Below the pieces are notes generated by a model that was given only the letters and a program-made list of their open reading frames with translations, was not told the origin of the DNA and ran no database searches. Positions 63,455 through 64,000 of a stretch of DNA of 64,000 nucleotides are shown one piece after another (within the stretch, counting starts at the first letter, position 1; each line of letters begins with the position of its first letter). Position numbers and translations under genes: made by a program. The DNA comes from Haplodiscus bocki (taxonomy: Eukaryota). The stretch covers positions 4,030,001 through 4,094,000 of the forward strand of contig OZ296652.1 of NCBI GenBank assembly GCA_965655095.1, written 5' to 3'.

Positions 63455-64000
63455 TTGAGAATCAGCATTTTCATTTAAAATATCAAGCGAATGAACTATT
63501 ATACCGTTTCTTACTTTTATTTAAAGGTAGAAGAATTAACCGAGTTTCTGTACACATTGTGATCAGTAGTATCCGTAGTATCGTGACCCCTTCAAAACTC
63601 AGTTATATTTAGCCGACTCGTTCACTAGTATTCCATTGGCCGCAAGTGTTACGAAGCACAGCTTCGGCTGTGTTTGAATATGAGACAGTATTGGAAGCTT
63701 ATTAGGTGTCCGCAAAAAACGTTACATGTGAAAAATTCGAGTCAATATTAGTAAAGAAGACATCGGAACTTCTTTCAAATCGACACATACCGCCTGTTAA
63801 TCATCAAAATTGATACATTCTCTGAATTTCAGATTGTGAAATTTTAGGTCCAGATTATGAAATTCTTTTGCACGTGTTTGCTGAAATTATGCAGCGTTCT
63901 TTTTATGATGTTTCAATTAAGAATTAAGAGTCACAAGTCCTCATGATTGACAACTAAGATAAAAAGTTTTTGCGGCGGTTTTCACGTCCTGTTGACTAGT

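Overview
Eukaryotic (probably invertebrate) repeat-rich DNA with no intact host gene. About 1-57,860 is decayed Polinton/Maverick (polintovirus/adintovirus-like) sequence. (i) 1-2,055 is the end of one element: pPolB fragment, DDE integrase fragment and TIR-like terminus. (ii) From 2,056 to ~57,860 there appears to be one second, oppositely oriented element: integrase, A32-like packaging ATPase and accessory ORF remnants on the minus strand, then pPolB and a TIR-like tract on the plus strand. It is inflated by a 4.39-kb tandem duplication (2,649-11,417) and by a ~41-kb tandem array (13,447-54,360) of 20 full units plus one partial unit. Every array unit carries the region upstream of pPolB and its first ~30 codons, joined at the same junction to two minus-strand viral ORF remnants. 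Unit length changes in blocks along the array (1.45 kb, 2.49 kb, 3.11 kb, 1.87 kb) through a ~0.62-kb internal duplication and a ~1.04-kb deletion, and only the last unit reads on into the rest of pPolB. A degenerate APE-type non-LTR retrotransposon (SGNH-like ORF0, PHD + triple zinc-knuckle ORF1, APE-RT ORF2) follows at ~57,860-62,956, then a 200-N gap and a tRNA-Cys-like pseudogene. All assignments come from motif recognition and by-eye comparison; no searches were run.
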